Of a stretch of 43,743 nucleotides of DNA, positions 1-9,107 are shown piece by piece; position 1 is the stretch's first letter, and each line of letters opens with the position of its first letter. The translations under genes were made by a program, and so were the position numbers. The notes under the pieces were generated by a model. The model was given only the letters and a program-made list of their open reading frames with translations. It did no database searches and had not been told where the DNA came from. This stretch comes from Gemmatimonadales bacterium (GTDB taxonomy: Bacteria; Gemmatimonadota; Gemmatimonadetes; Gemmatimonadales; GWC2-71-9): contig JAUVTI010000002.1 of NCBI GenBank assembly GCA_030601605.1, forward strand, positions 1-43,743, read 5' to 3'.

Positions 1-1509
1 GCTGATGGAGAAGCTCGGACGCATGCTGATGTTGAACCCGCCATATGCGTACAGGTAGGTGGGGTTGGAGCCGTCCAGCGCGATCCCCTTCCTGTGCGTG
101 ATGAACATGGGGACCCGCGTACCGTCCTTGCTCTCGTAGAAGACCTGCGTGGTCTCGTAGCTGCTGGGATCGAAATCGACTTCGGGCGCCTTGAACACCG
201 TCGTCGCGCCGCTGAGGAAATCGTACCGGAAGATCGTGGGCGGGTATAGGAACGACGTGAAGTTGTAGAACATCTCGTCGTCCTCGCGCTTGCCGGTCAC
301 GGTGAAGACACTGCCAAGCGTTGGCAGCTCGAGATCCCCGATCGGGGCGCCGTCCATCTTGTACAGCGCGACCTTCGTGTGTGCGTCGTGCAGGTAGTTG
401 GCCACGAACGTGTTGTGCACGACGGTCACCCAGTTGAGCACGTCCTCCTGCTCGGGGATGATCTCGCGCCAGTGCTCTCTCTCGGGACGCGTGATGTCGA
501 TGGCGACGAGGCGGTAACGCGGGGCGTCGAGGTTCGTGTGGAAGTAGAAGACCGACCCGTCGTTGTCCACGAACGAGTAGCTGGCGTCGAAGTCATCCAG
601 CAGCTGAACCATGGCGCCGTCGAAGCTCGGCGCCCGCGGGTACAGCAGATCCATGTAGTAGACCCTGTTGCGCTCGTCCGTCCCGTGCCACGCGTGCGTT
701 ATCAGATAACGGCCGTCGTCGGTCACGCTGCCGCTGAAGCCCCACTCGGGCTGGTCGGGCCGCTGGTAGATGAGCCGGTCTTCGGACTGGTCCGTGCCGA
801 TCCGGTGGTAGTAGAACATCTGGTTCAGGTTGGTGGAGCGCAGCGTGTCGGGGCCGTCGGGCGTGGCGTAACGGCTGTAGAAGAACCCCGCATGGTCGTG
901 CGTCCAGGAGGCGCCGGAGAACTTGATCCAGCGCAGGTGGTCCGGATAGTCGTCGCCCGACGCCACGTCGCGCACGAAGAACTCGCGCCAGTCGGAACCG
1001 CTGATGGCCTTACCGTACGCGACCGTCTCACCGTCGTCGGAGAACGCGAGCCCGGCGAGCGATACAGTCCCGTCCTCGGAGAACGTGTTGGGGTCGAGGA
1101 GCACGGCGGCCGCGGCATCCAGCGCGTCCTGCTTGTAGAGCACCGACTGGTTCTGGAGTCCGTCGTTCTTGAAGAAGAAGTAGCGGCTGCCCTCCCTGAA
1201 CGGGACTCCGTAACGGGGGAAGTCCCACAGCTCGGTGAGCCGCGCCTCGAGGGCCTCCCGCTCGGGGATGGACTCGAGGTAGGCAAACGTCACGCAGTTC
1301 TCCGCTTCGATCCACGCGCGTGACTGCGGCGAGTCGGGGTCCTCGAGCCAGCGGTACGGGTCGGCCACAGACGTGCCGTGGTAGTCGTCCGCCACGTCGA
1401 CCGTGTGGGCCACCGGCAGGGAGCATTGAACTTCCTGTGCCACCGCGACGGGTGTGATGCCCAGCGTGACGAGGATGGCGAGCGCGAAGGCAGTCAGGGT
1501 CCGCTTCAT
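1..1509 (-). CDS. Prolyl oligopeptidase (S9A prolyl endopeptidase), partial; the 3' end lies beyond the window edge
   Basis: Absent from the ORF track because it runs off the left edge. Reverse translation from the ATG at 1509 gives MKRTLTAFALAILVTLGITPVAVAQEVQCSLPVAHTVDVADDYHGTSVADPYRWLEDPDSPQS, i.e. a signal peptide followed by the DPYRWLED motif. The same frame at positions 1-60 reads TYLYAYGGFNISMRPSFSIS, the YGGFNIS start of the S9 catalytic domain. The track lists no minus-strand ORF in this frame, consistent with one open frame reaching the edge. Confidence 0.85.
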   Translation of the reverse strand, partial: MKRTLTAFALAILVTLGITPVAVAQEVQCSLPVAHTVDVADDYHGTSVADPYRWLEDPDSPQSRAWIEAENCVTFAYLESIPEREALEARLTELWDFPRYGVPFREGSRYFFFKNDGLQNQSVLYKQDALDAAAAVLLDPNTFSEDGTVSLAGLAFSDDGETVAYGKAISGSDWREFFVRDVASGDDYPDHLRWIKFSGASWTHDHAGFFYSRYATPDGPDTLRSTNLNQMFYYHRIGTDQSEDRLIYQRPDQPEWGFSGSVTDDGRYLITHAWHGTDERNRVYYMDLLYPRAPSFDGAMVQLLDDFDASYSFVDNDGSVFYFHTNLDAPRYRLVAIDITRPEREHWREIIPEQEDVLNWVTVVHNTFVANYLHDAHTKVALYKMDGAPIGDLELPTLGSVFTVTGKREDDEMFYNFTSFLYPPTIFRYDFLSGATTVFKAPEVDFDPSSYETTQVFYESKDGTRVPMFITHRKGIALDGSNPTYLYAYGGFNISMRPSFSIS

Positions 1510-1604
1510 GTATCCTCCGAGAAGCAATCCGGGAGCTTTCGCTCCTTGGGTCCAGGCGGTCGGAAGGTGCCAATGAATCTGCATCGAACGCGCGACGAGG
1601 GGGA

Positions 1605-4600
1605 GTGCGGCCGGGGGTGGCGGTGGACACGGGCAGTTCCCTATCTTCGCGATGGACTGACGGGAGACGTGCTGTGACCGAGCCAGCCGGGAGGCGGAGT
1701 CGGGCCTCGCTGCTCGCCTGGGCGCCGGGCGAGGAGACACGCGAGTTCGCGGCGGCGCGGCGTGTTGAGGACGAGCTCGGCGTCGAGCTCACGGCGCGGC
1801 TCGTGGCCGAGAGCACTGCCGCCGGCGTCACGCACCTCGTGCTCGTCCTGGTGGTGACTGCGCTCGCCTGGGAGGCGGTCCCGCTCGAGGTTCTGCTGCC
1901 GTGGGCCGGCATCGTGGCGGCGGCCGGCGCGTCACGCGCCGTGGTGGCGCGGCGCATGTCTGCGATCGGTTCGAGCCCGGAGTTCACGACCCGCGCCATT
2001 CGCATGGCAGTCTGGGCAACCGGTCTCGGTTGGGCGTCGGCGACGGTCATTATCGCGCCGGCCCTGCCGCCGCAGTATCTGGCTCTCCTAATGGTGGTGT
2101 TCGCGGGACTCGTGGGGGGGGCCACCGTCACACTCATAGGCGATCCCAGGAGTTTCTACGGACTCGCCGGCGTGCTGCTGGTGCCGTTGGGGCTGGCGGT
2201 CGTGGTGAGCGGGCAGAGCCGGTTCCAACTCGTCGCAGTCGCGCTGATCGCGGCGTATGCGACAATGATGGTCGTGCTCTATCGGCGCTCGCACGCGGCG
2301 TTGCTGGAGCGCCTCCAGACCGCGACCCGGGTCGCGCTGCGGGAGGCCGATGCGGCGCGTGACAGCACGTTTCTCGACGCGCTGGTGAACAGCGCGCCCG
2401 ACGCCATCACGGCGGTCAGCACAGAGGGACGGGTACTCGGCGTGAACCCCGCCTTCGAGCGCCTGTTCGGTTATGAGACGGACGAGGTACTGGGTGAGTT
2501 CCTCACCGACCTGCTCGTGCCCGAGCCGGACCAGGAGGCCGCCCGCGAGCTGGACCAGGCCGTGCGCCGCGGCCGACCGATGGTCGTTGAGGTCGAGCGC
2601 CTGCACCGCGATGGCCGGCTCATTCCGGTTCGCCTCTCGGCGGCCTCCGCCGGGGAAGAGGCCCACGGCGCGGTGCTCCTGGTGTACGACGATCTCACGG
2701 CCGAGAAGCAGATCGAGCGCGCGCTGCGTGAGGCGGAGGAGCAGTACCGCGAGTTGGTGGAGTCGGCGTCCGATCTGGTGTGGCAGACGGATGAGGACGG
2801 GCGCTGGACGTTCCTCAACGAGGCGTGCCGCAGCATCTACGGGGTCGCGCCGCAGGACCTGCTGGGCAAGCCGTTCACCGAGAGGGTCGACCCCTCGCAC
2901 CTGGAAGCGGATCTGAGGGCGTTCAGGAACGTGCTGGAGGGCGGCGACTCCACCGACTACGAAACGGTGCATCGCGACTCCAGCGGGCGGCAGCGGCACC
3001 TCAGCGTGGCGGCGCTGCCGGTGCGCGACTCGCGCGGCGAAGTAGTGGGGGCGAGGGGGATCGCGCGCGACGTATCGGAGAGAGTGGCAGCCCGAAGGGA
3101 CCTCGAGCAGGCGCGCGAGGCAGCGGAGCGGACGGCCGAGGCCAAGAGCGCGTTCCTCGCCGCGACGAGCCACGAGATCCGCACGCCGATGAACGGTGTG
3201 CTCGGGATGCTCGAGCTCCTGCTCGAGAGCGACCTGGGGAGCGAGGAGCGTCGCCTCGCGGAGCTCGCGCGTAGCGCCGCCGAGGCGCTGCTCGTCGTGA
3301 TCAACGACGTGCTCGACTACTCCCGGATCGAGGCCGGCCAGGTGCAGCTGGAGGAGGTCGCGTTCGACCTGCCGTCGCTCCTGAGCCTGGTCGTGCGGCT
3401 CCTCGCGCCGGGCGCGAGCGAGAGGGGAGTGGAGCTGGCGTGCGACGTGCACCCCGACATCCCCCGACTGGTGCGGGGGGATCCGGCTCGCCTCAGGCAG
3501 GTGATAACGAATCTGGTGGGCAACGCCATCAAGTTCACCCACGAGGGTGAAGTCGTGGTGTCGGCGGTCCTCGAGAGCCGGCGCGACGATCGGGCTACGG
3601 TGCGCTTCACGGTGCGCGACACGGGGATCGGCATCGCCCGCGAGAAACTGGAGTTCGTGTTCCAGGATTTCACGCAGGCCGACGTCAGCACGTCACGGCG
3701 CTACGGCGGCACCGGCCTGGGCCTTCCCATCAGCCGCCGACTTGTGCGCCTCATGGGAGGCGACATCGAGGTGTCCAGCACCGAGGGGCAGGGGAGCGAG
3801 TTCACCTTCACGCTGGCCCTTCCGGTGGAGGCGCAGGTGCCCGAGGTCCTCTGCGGCGACGTCGGGAAGCTCAAGGGTTCGCGCGCGCTCATCGTGGACG
3901 ACAACCCCACCCACCGGAGAATCGTGCGCGAGATGCTCGGCGGCGCACAGATGGAAGCGGACGAAGTGGCGGATGCCGACGCCGCCCTCGAGGCTCTGCG
4001 CGGCGCCAGGGCCGAGGGCCGGGGCTACGCCCTCGCCATCGTGGATGCGTACATGCCCGGCAAGGACGGCTTCGAGACCGCGCGGGAGATCCGTGCGGAT
4101 CCGAAGCTGGAGGAAACCAGGATCATGATGCTCACTTCGGCCGGCGTGAGGGGGGACGCTCAGCGCTGCCGCGAGCTGGGCATCGAGGCCTACCTTCCCA
4201 AGCCCCCCGCCCGCGAGGAGCTGCTGGAGGCCGCGGCGGCCCTGGTGACCGGAGCCGGGGAACCCGCGGGGTACGGGCGGCTCATCACGCGCTACTCCAG
4301 CGGGGAGGCCGGCAGGCGCCTGCACGTGCTCGTCGCGGAGGACAATCCGGTAAACCAGGAAGTGGCTGCGGCGATGCTGCGCCGCAGGGGTCACACCGTG
4401 CGGGTGGTGGCCAACGGGCGCGCGGCCGTGGAGGCGGTGCGGCGGGGCAGCGTGGACGTGGTGCTGATGGACATCGAGATGCCCGAGTTGGACGGTGTGT
4501 CCGCGACGGAGGAGATTCGCAGCGATCCCGCTTTCGCGGACATTCCGATCGTGGCGGTCACCGCGCACACCACCAGCGAGGAGCGCGAGCGCTGCCGCCG

Positions 4601-5054
4601 CGCCGGGATGGACCGCTACGTGGTGAAGCCGTTCAAGCCGTACGAGTTGCTCTCAGCGGTGGAGGGATGGGGGATCGCGTCCGATGAGGAGGACCGGGAG
4701 AGGGCGTCGCGGCCGCCACTGGATCTCGACGGGCTGGAGGAGATGATGCGCGAGGCGGGCGCCGAGGAGGTGATCCCGCGCATGCTGACGGTGTTCGGAG
4801 AGGATGCGCCCGGCCGTATGGCCGCCATCGAGGCGGCGGCGGACGGCGGCGACCCCGCCCTGATAAGGCAGGCGGCCCACGCGTACAAGTCGAGCGCGCT
4901 GACGATCAGGGCGGAGGAGCTCGGTTCACTCCTCGGGCAGATGGAGACCGCCGCCCGCGAGGGAGATGTTGCGGCGGCCGCAGAGCTGGTGGGCCAGGTG
5001 CGCGAGGCGCACGAGGCGGTACTGCGCCACCTGGCAGCGAGGCGGGAACGCTAA
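1605..5054 (+). CDS. Hybrid sensor histidine kinase: N-terminal multi-TM region, 2 PAS, HisKA, HATPase_c, 2 receiver domains, C-terminal HPt
   Basis: PAS-like segments NSAPDAITAVSTEGRVLGVNPAFERLFGY and SASDLVWQTDEDGRWTFLNEACRSIYG. H-box ATSHEIRTPMNGVLGM; N-box NLVGNAIKFT; G-boxes VRDTGIGI and GGTGLGLPIS. REC1 LIVDDNP...DAYMPGKDG...LPKP; REC2 VLVAEDNPVNQ...LMDIEMPELDG...VVKPF. HPt motif AHAYKSSALTI. The start is uncertain: GTG at 1605, or the in-frame GTG at 1674. Confidence 0.9.
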   Translation: MRPGVAVDTGSSLSSRWTDGRRAVTEPAGRRSRASLLAWAPGEETREFAAARRVEDELGVELTARLVAESTAAGVTHLVLVLVVTALAWEAVPLEVLLPWAGIVAAAGASRAVVARRMSAIGSSPEFTTRAIRMAVWATGLGWASATVIIAPALPPQYLALLMVVFAGLVGGATVTLIGDPRSFYGLAGVLLVPLGLAVVVSGQSRFQLVAVALIAAYATMMVVLYRRSHAALLERLQTATRVALREADAARDSTFLDALVNSAPDAITAVSTEGRVLGVNPAFERLFGYETDEVLGEFLTDLLVPEPDQEAARELDQAVRRGRPMVVEVERLHRDGRLIPVRLSAASAGEEAHGAVLLVYDDLTAEKQIERALREAEEQYRELVESASDLVWQTDEDGRWTFLNEACRSIYGVAPQDLLGKPFTERVDPSHLEADLRAFRNVLEGGDSTDYETVHRDSSGRQRHLSVAALPVRDSRGEVVGARGIARDVSERVAARRDLEQAREAAERTAEAKSAFLAATSHEIRTPMNGVLGMLELLLESDLGSEERRLAELARSAAEALLVVINDVLDYSRIEAGQVQLEEVAFDLPSLLSLVVRLLAPGASERGVELACDVHPDIPRLVRGDPARLRQVITNLVGNAIKFTHEGEVVVSAVLESRRDDRATVRFTVRDTGIGIAREKLEFVFQDFTQADVSTSRRYGGTGLGLPISRRLVRLMGGDIEVSSTEGQGSEFTFTLALPVEAQVPEVLCGDVGKLKGSRALIVDDNPTHRRIVREMLGGAQMEADEVADADAALEALRGARAEGRGYALAIVDAYMPGKDGFETAREIRADPKLEETRIMMLTSAGVRGDAQRCRELGIEAYLPKPPAREELLEAAAALVTGAGEPAGYGRLITRYSSGEAGRRLHVLVAEDNPVNQEVAAAMLRRRGHTVRVVANGRAAVEAVRRGSVDVVLMDIEMPELDGVSATEEIRSDPAFADIPIVAVTAHTTSEERERCRRAGMDRYVVKPFKPYELLSAVEGWGIASDEEDRERASRPPLDLDGLEEMMREAGAEEVIPRMLTVFGEDAPGRMAAIEAAADGGDPALIRQAAHAYKSSALTIRAEELGSLLGQMETAAREGDVAAAAELVGQVREAHEAVLRHLAARRER

Positions 5055-5887
5055 CTCCCCTCTGAGAACCTGGCGCTCGCACCCAGCTGAAGGATCGGAC
5101 CCGCAGGGAAGTTCCGCCCGGCCAGCGGCAGCCGCACGCCCGCCTCGAGCCACAGCGGTCCCACGGCACGAGCGGCACCCGTCAGCTGCAGCGTGATGAT
5201 GCGCCGGGCGGACGCCGTCTCGACTCCCTCCACCACCCAGTTGTCGCCGATCAAGCCGTCCAGTGTCGCCTTGACGAGCGTGCGGGAGGTCGGGTTCACG
5301 CCCGCCTCGGTCAGGAACACGAACTCGTTGCCCGGATCCTTCCGCGTGGTCGTGTTCTCGAACCGCACCCTGTAGCCGAGCCAGAGCTCCCAGTAGGCGG
5401 GGAAGGGCCAGAACGAGTGGCCGACTTCTCCGAAGAAATCGAGATCCCACTGTCCCTCTCCGATGGGGACGAATTGCACGTCGAGCGGCGCGAACCCGAA
5501 CGGCGCCTTGGCCCCGGCGCGCAGCGCCAGGGCTGTGGACCCGTGCAGGACCTGCCAGCGCAACCAGGCCCGCACGTCGCCGATCCCGGTACTGCGCACG
5601 GTATCCACCACGTTTGAGAAGCTGAGATCCAGGTACGGGACCTGGAGCCAGAAGTCGAGGCTTGGCAGGATCCCGACTATGACGTCGGCGAAGATCGCCC
5701 GATTGTCCGACTCGCCCCCGTCGATCCGCTCGCGGCGGTTCCCCTCCTGGTCGAACTCCTCGCCCGTCCGCTGCAGGAAGAAGCTGCCCTTCACCCACAC
5801 GCGCCCGGGGGCGCCCTGGGTCCACTGCGCCTGAGCGGGGAGCGCTACCAGAGTGAGGCACGCCGCCGCCACTGCCGTCCGGATCAC
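5051..5887 (-). CDS. Putative outer-membrane beta-barrel protein (MetA-pathway/transporter-like OMP)
   Basis: Signal peptide IRTAVAAACLTLVALPAQAQ, followed by alternating amphipathic strands rich in aromatic residues and Gly (GIGDVRAWLRWQV, WELWLGYRVRF). The ORF extends to a GTG at 5926, but the GTG at 5887 forms a GTGA overlap with the upstream gene's stop, so I prefer it. The stop overlaps the convergent kinase stop (CTAA at 5051-5054). Confidence 0.55.
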   Translation of the reverse strand: MIRTAVAAACLTLVALPAQAQWTQGAPGRVWVKGSFFLQRTGEEFDQEGNRRERIDGGESDNRAIFADVIVGILPSLDFWLQVPYLDLSFSNVVDTVRSTGIGDVRAWLRWQVLHGSTALALRAGAKAPFGFAPLDVQFVPIGEGQWDLDFFGEVGHSFWPFPAYWELWLGYRVRFENTTTRKDPGNEFVFLTEAGVNPTSRTLVKATLDGLIGDNWVVEGVETASARRIITLQLTGAARAVGPLWLEAGVRLPLAGRNFPAGPILQLGASARFSEGS

Positions 5888-6996
5888 TGCCCGAACAGGC
5901 GGCTGTCCGGGTAGTACACCGACCACGCGAACCAGAACAGGGTGTAGGCGTCGACGAGCGGGGAAAGACGCCGCCCGGCGAGCGGGCCGGCGATAGCTTC
6001 GCCCAGTGCGTTCCAGGTGGAGCCCGTCTCGGCGTCCTGCAGCTGCGGGCCGTTTCCGACCAGCCGGAACGTGAGGACCGTATCGCCCAGCGTTCGGTCG
6101 AACGCCCGGGCCGTGCGGGTGCCGTCCAGGTACGTGACCAGAATCGGTCGCCCGGCGATGCTGTCGTTGAGCGCTACGGCCGCACCGAACCCGGCGAGCA
6201 CGCCAAAGGGATACGCTACCGCGGAGTCGCCTTCATGAATGCCCAGCACCAGCTCCTTGGGCGGGCGCGCGTCGCTCCAGGTGGATGACGGGAACAGCGT
6301 CACGGGATTGTCCGGCTGGTCGTAGGTGCCGTATGGGTATGCGCCGTAGGAGCGGTCGAACCCGGTGCTGGTGTCCACGACCGTGGTGTTGGGATGCAGG
6401 CTGCGCCACTGTCCCCACGTGGTCTCGACGAGCGGTAGGCGCTCGAGCGCCTTCCCCCGGTCGGGGCCGCACTGGGCGCCGAGCAGGAGCTGGTTCCAGA
6501 GGCTCTCGGTCTGGCGGTCGAACATGATGAGGTTGTTCTCGAACAGCAGGCCTGAGACGCCGAAGTTGCGCGTCTCGCCGTCCAGCACCGGGTCGAAGGC
6601 GATCCCTGATCCGGTGAGCGGGCAGTAGCTCAGGAGGACCGGTTCCCCACCCAGCGTGTCGTTCACGACCTCGTGCCACCAGAGGACCAGCAGGGGATAG
6701 GCCCGCGCTGCTCCGTTCAGCTCCAGCCCCAGCACTCGGTCTTCATCTCGAAAGAAGCTCGCTGCCCCTGCGGGTACCACTTCGGGGAGGTTTAGCGCGG
6801 GGATGCCGTCACGTCCCGGTCCGCCGTCGAAGATGCGGGACGTCGGGATGGAACAGGCGGCGCCCGCGGTGGGGTCCGTCAGCGCATCCGAGGCATTCGA
6901 GTCGGAACATGCGGCGAGCAGCGACGCCGCCCCCGCCAGCGCGGTTGCGAAAACGGCTCGTCGAAGCGCGGGGCTCTGGGGACAGACGCGGCTCAT
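5884..6996 (-). CDS. DUF3179-family lipoprotein (paralogue 1)
   Basis: Start ATG at 6996 gives MSRVCPQSPALRRAVFATALAGAASLLAAC, a lipobox. Family-like motifs: DGIPALN, AYPLLVLWWHEVVND, SYCPLTGSG, GVSGLLFENNLIMFDRQTESLWNQ, and C-terminal FWFAWSVYYP. It is clearly paralogous to the 9108-10223 gene. The track ORF (to 7332) carries an implausible N-terminal extension. Confidence 0.7.
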   Translation of the reverse strand: MSRVCPQSPALRRAVFATALAGAASLLAACSDSNASDALTDPTAGAACSIPTSRIFDGGPGRDGIPALNLPEVVPAGAASFFRDEDRVLGLELNGAARAYPLLVLWWHEVVNDTLGGEPVLLSYCPLTGSGIAFDPVLDGETRNFGVSGLLFENNLIMFDRQTESLWNQLLLGAQCGPDRGKALERLPLVETTWGQWRSLHPNTTVVDTSTGFDRSYGAYPYGTYDQPDNPVTLFPSSTWSDARPPKELVLGIHEGDSAVAYPFGVLAGFGAAVALNDSIAGRPILVTYLDGTRTARAFDRTLGDTVLTFRLVGNGPQLQDAETGSTWNALGEAIAGPLAGRRLSPLVDAYTLFWFAWSVYYPDSRLFGQ

Positions 6997-7003
6997 GTCA
7001 TTC

Positions 7004-7050
7004 GGGAACCGATCCCGGCTAGGGAAGGTTCCCATCCCAGTTCCGGGAAC
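7004..7050. promoter_or_regulatory. Inverted repeats built on GGGAAC/GTTCCC in the divergent intergenic region; candidate operator
   Basis: GGGAACC (7004-7010) pairs with GGTTCCC (7028-7034). There is also an 11-nt palindrome GTTCCGGGAAC (7040-7050). The site lies between divergent starts at 6996 (-) and 7156 (+). Confidence 0.3.
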
Positions 7051-7155
7051 ACTCCGGGGACGGCTGCCGTTAACTGGTTCGTGTTTCGGATGAGCCATCG
7101 GTTCGGGCCGCACGGCCCGGCTGACCAGATCACCCCACCCATCGTAGGAGGAAGT

Positions 7156-7548
7156 ATGGTGAAACGCATCATTGCTGGGATCGGTGTCTTCGCGTTCCTG
7201 GCGCTGGCACCGGCCGTGGCGCAGGCCCAGATGGACATGGCCCACGCCCCAGAGGGAAAGGAGGCGACGATCTCCGGCACCGTGATCGACCTCTCCTGCA
7301 AGTTCCGCCACGGACTCACGGGCGAGATGCACCGCATGTGCGCACAGGTTTGCGCCGACAAGGGAGTGCCCCTGGCCATCCTGACCAATGACGGCAAGCT
7401 GGTCGTGCCTGTCAGCGCAGCGATGCCGGGCGCCAGTGAGAACGAGGTCCTCAAGGAGTTCGCCGAGCAGCAGGTGACCGTTAAGGGAACGGTCTATGAG
7501 GCTGGCGGAGCGTTGGCAATCGAGATAACGGAGGTCAAGCGGTCGTGA
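7156..7548 (+). CDS. Small secreted protein with 3 Cys and a Met/His-containing N-terminus (hypothetical)
   Basis: ATG at 7156 is preceded by AGGAGGAAGT. Signal peptide MVKRIIAGIGVFAFLALAPAVAQA. The mature part begins QMDMAHAPEG and contains C-x15-C-x3-C (SCKFRHGLTGEMHRMCAQVC). Its stop overlaps the next gene's start (GTGA at 7545-7548). Confidence 0.6.
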   Translation: MVKRIIAGIGVFAFLALAPAVAQAQMDMAHAPEGKEATISGTVIDLSCKFRHGLTGEMHRMCAQVCADKGVPLAILTNDGKLVVPVSAAMPGASENEVLKEFAEQQVTVKGTVYEAGGALAIEITEVKRS

Positions 7549-9107
7549 CCCTCCTCGGCGGGACCACGGGCCGGGTTCTGACCCGGCCCGTGCTCGCCCT
7601 GGCCGCGTTGGCTGCGGCCGCGGGCCTTGCCCTGGCAGCGGTGCGCGGCGTGAGCGGCCCGGCGCGGGGGGCGTTTGCCGAACCCAACCCGGCGTGGGTG
7701 GCCCCAGCCGAGTCGATGGCGGGATCGGTGCGGCACCTCCATCAGGCGGAAGCCGCGGAGCTGCTCAGGCCGGACACCGTGTTCCCCGAGCGGGACGTCC
7801 GGTTGCTGTGGTTCGACGGACGCGCCGCATCTCCGGTCGAGGGCCGGGACGCGGTTGTCCTGGACGGGGCCGGTGGCATCGTACGGTTCGACACGCGGCT
7901 CATACCTCATAGGGTGAACCTGCGCCTCGAGGGCCGCGTGCCGGCCAGCGTGGCGGCCGCGACCGGCGGTGGCGCGTGGGTCGTAGACGGAGAGGGTCAG
8001 GTGCTGCGCACCGGCCCGGACGGAGGCATCGAGCAGACGGTGGCCGGGCCGTTCGATTACACGGTCGTGGTCGCCGACCCGCTGGGCGGAGCCTGGTTGG
8101 TCCGCTCTACCGAATTCTTTTCCTACAGACTGGCGCGTGGTGACGAGCCGCTGCTCGTACATGTCGATGAAGCGGGTGGCGATGCCACGGCTACCGCGTC
8201 GATTCTGCTGCCCGAGCACGTGCTCCTGGCCGAGCTGGCCAATGCAGGGCACGTGGCGGTCGGACCCGATGCTGTCTACTTCGCTCCCTTCATTCGGGAC
8301 GAAGTGATCGCACTTTCACGTGGCGGTGACACGCTGTGGGTGGCACACCGCGGGTTGGTACAGGCGCGGCCCGAGCCGCGCTTCGAAATCGGCCCCGACG
8401 GGCCGGTCATCGACTATGCGCCGGTCAACCTCGGCCTCTCGCTTGGACCTGACGGACTGCTCTACGTGCTGAGCGTGCCGGGATTCACGACCATGGAAAG
8501 CCGCGTGGATGTCTACGATCCAGCCACGGGTGTGCTGGAGCGGACCGCACGGCTGCCTACACCGCTGCCCACCGTGGCCCTGGACGAAACCGGCCGCCTC
8601 TATCTACTCGACTCGTTCAGGTTGCTGACCGGAGTGGCGCCGGCAGAGCGGGAGGCCTTCGCCGCCTTCGAGCTGGAGGTCCTGGACAGCGATGATCGGA
8701 TGGTCCTCGCCGATGTCGAAGGCAAGGTGGCCCTGGTGAACTTCTGGGCCAGCTGGTGTGCGCCGTGCCGCGTGGAGATGCCCGCACTCGACAGCCTGCA
8801 GCGGTCGATCGTGCACCCCGACTTCGTGTTCTTCACGATGAATGAGGATGTGGACGCGGGCCAAGCTCGGGCGTTCATCGAGGAACGCGGCTTCACCTTT
8901 CCGGTGCTCCTGGGCCGCGGCAAGCTGCAGCGGCGGTACCACTACATGGGCCTGCCGTTCACCGTGCTGCTGGATCGCGAGGGACGCGTGGTGCAGCGCT
9001 GGATCGGCTTCGCCGGCGGTGATCAGATTGCGGGAATAAAGGCCGTCATTCAGGCCGAGCTCCTGCGGGAGGGTTCGGGGGGAGCGATGGAGCACATGGG
9101 CCACTGA
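7545..9107 (+). CDS. Membrane-anchored protein with a beta-propeller-like central region and a C-terminal TlpA/ResA-type thioredoxin domain
   Basis: N-terminal anchor VLALAALAAAAGLALAAV. Repeated propeller-like segments (GPDGLLYVLSVPG, ETGRLYLLDS). C-terminal redoxin signature VALVNFWASWCAPCRVEMPAL...GLPFTVLLDREGRVV. Confidence 0.8.
   Translation: MTLLGGTTGRVLTRPVLALAALAAAAGLALAAVRGVSGPARGAFAEPNPAWVAPAESMAGSVRHLHQAEAAELLRPDTVFPERDVRLLWFDGRAASPVEGRDAVVLDGAGGIVRFDTRLIPHRVNLRLEGRVPASVAAATGGGAWVVDGEGQVLRTGPDGGIEQTVAGPFDYTVVVADPLGGAWLVRSTEFFSYRLARGDEPLLVHVDEAGGDATATASILLPEHVLLAELANAGHVAVGPDAVYFAPFIRDEVIALSRGGDTLWVAHRGLVQARPEPRFEIGPDGPVIDYAPVNLGLSLGPDGLLYVLSVPGFTTMESRVDVYDPATGVLERTARLPTPLPTVALDETGRLYLLDSFRLLTGVAPAEREAFAAFELEVLDSDDRMVLADVEGKVALVNFWASWCAPCRVEMPALDSLQRSIVHPDFVFFTMNEDVDAGQARAFIEERGFTFPVLLGRGKLQRRYHYMGLPFTVLLDREGRVVQRWIGFAGGDQIAGIKAVIQAELLREGSGGAMEHMGH

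Noticed and set aside
379-2137. Long ORFs 379..1323 (+), 825..1286 (-) and 1028..2137 (-)
   Set aside because: They have Arg/Val/His/Pro-rich compositions with no recognisable motifs. They lie antisense to, or out of frame with, the prolyl oligopeptidase gene, which has clear family motifs. These are typical high-GC shadow ORFs.
2088-4568. Antisense and alternative-frame ORFs inside the hybrid kinase gene (2088..3542 -, 3693..4568 -, 2473..2916 +, and others)
   Set aside because: The plus-strand frame carries an unbroken series of PAS, HisKA, HATPase, REC and HPt motifs. The alternatives are low-complexity Arg/His/Gly-rich.
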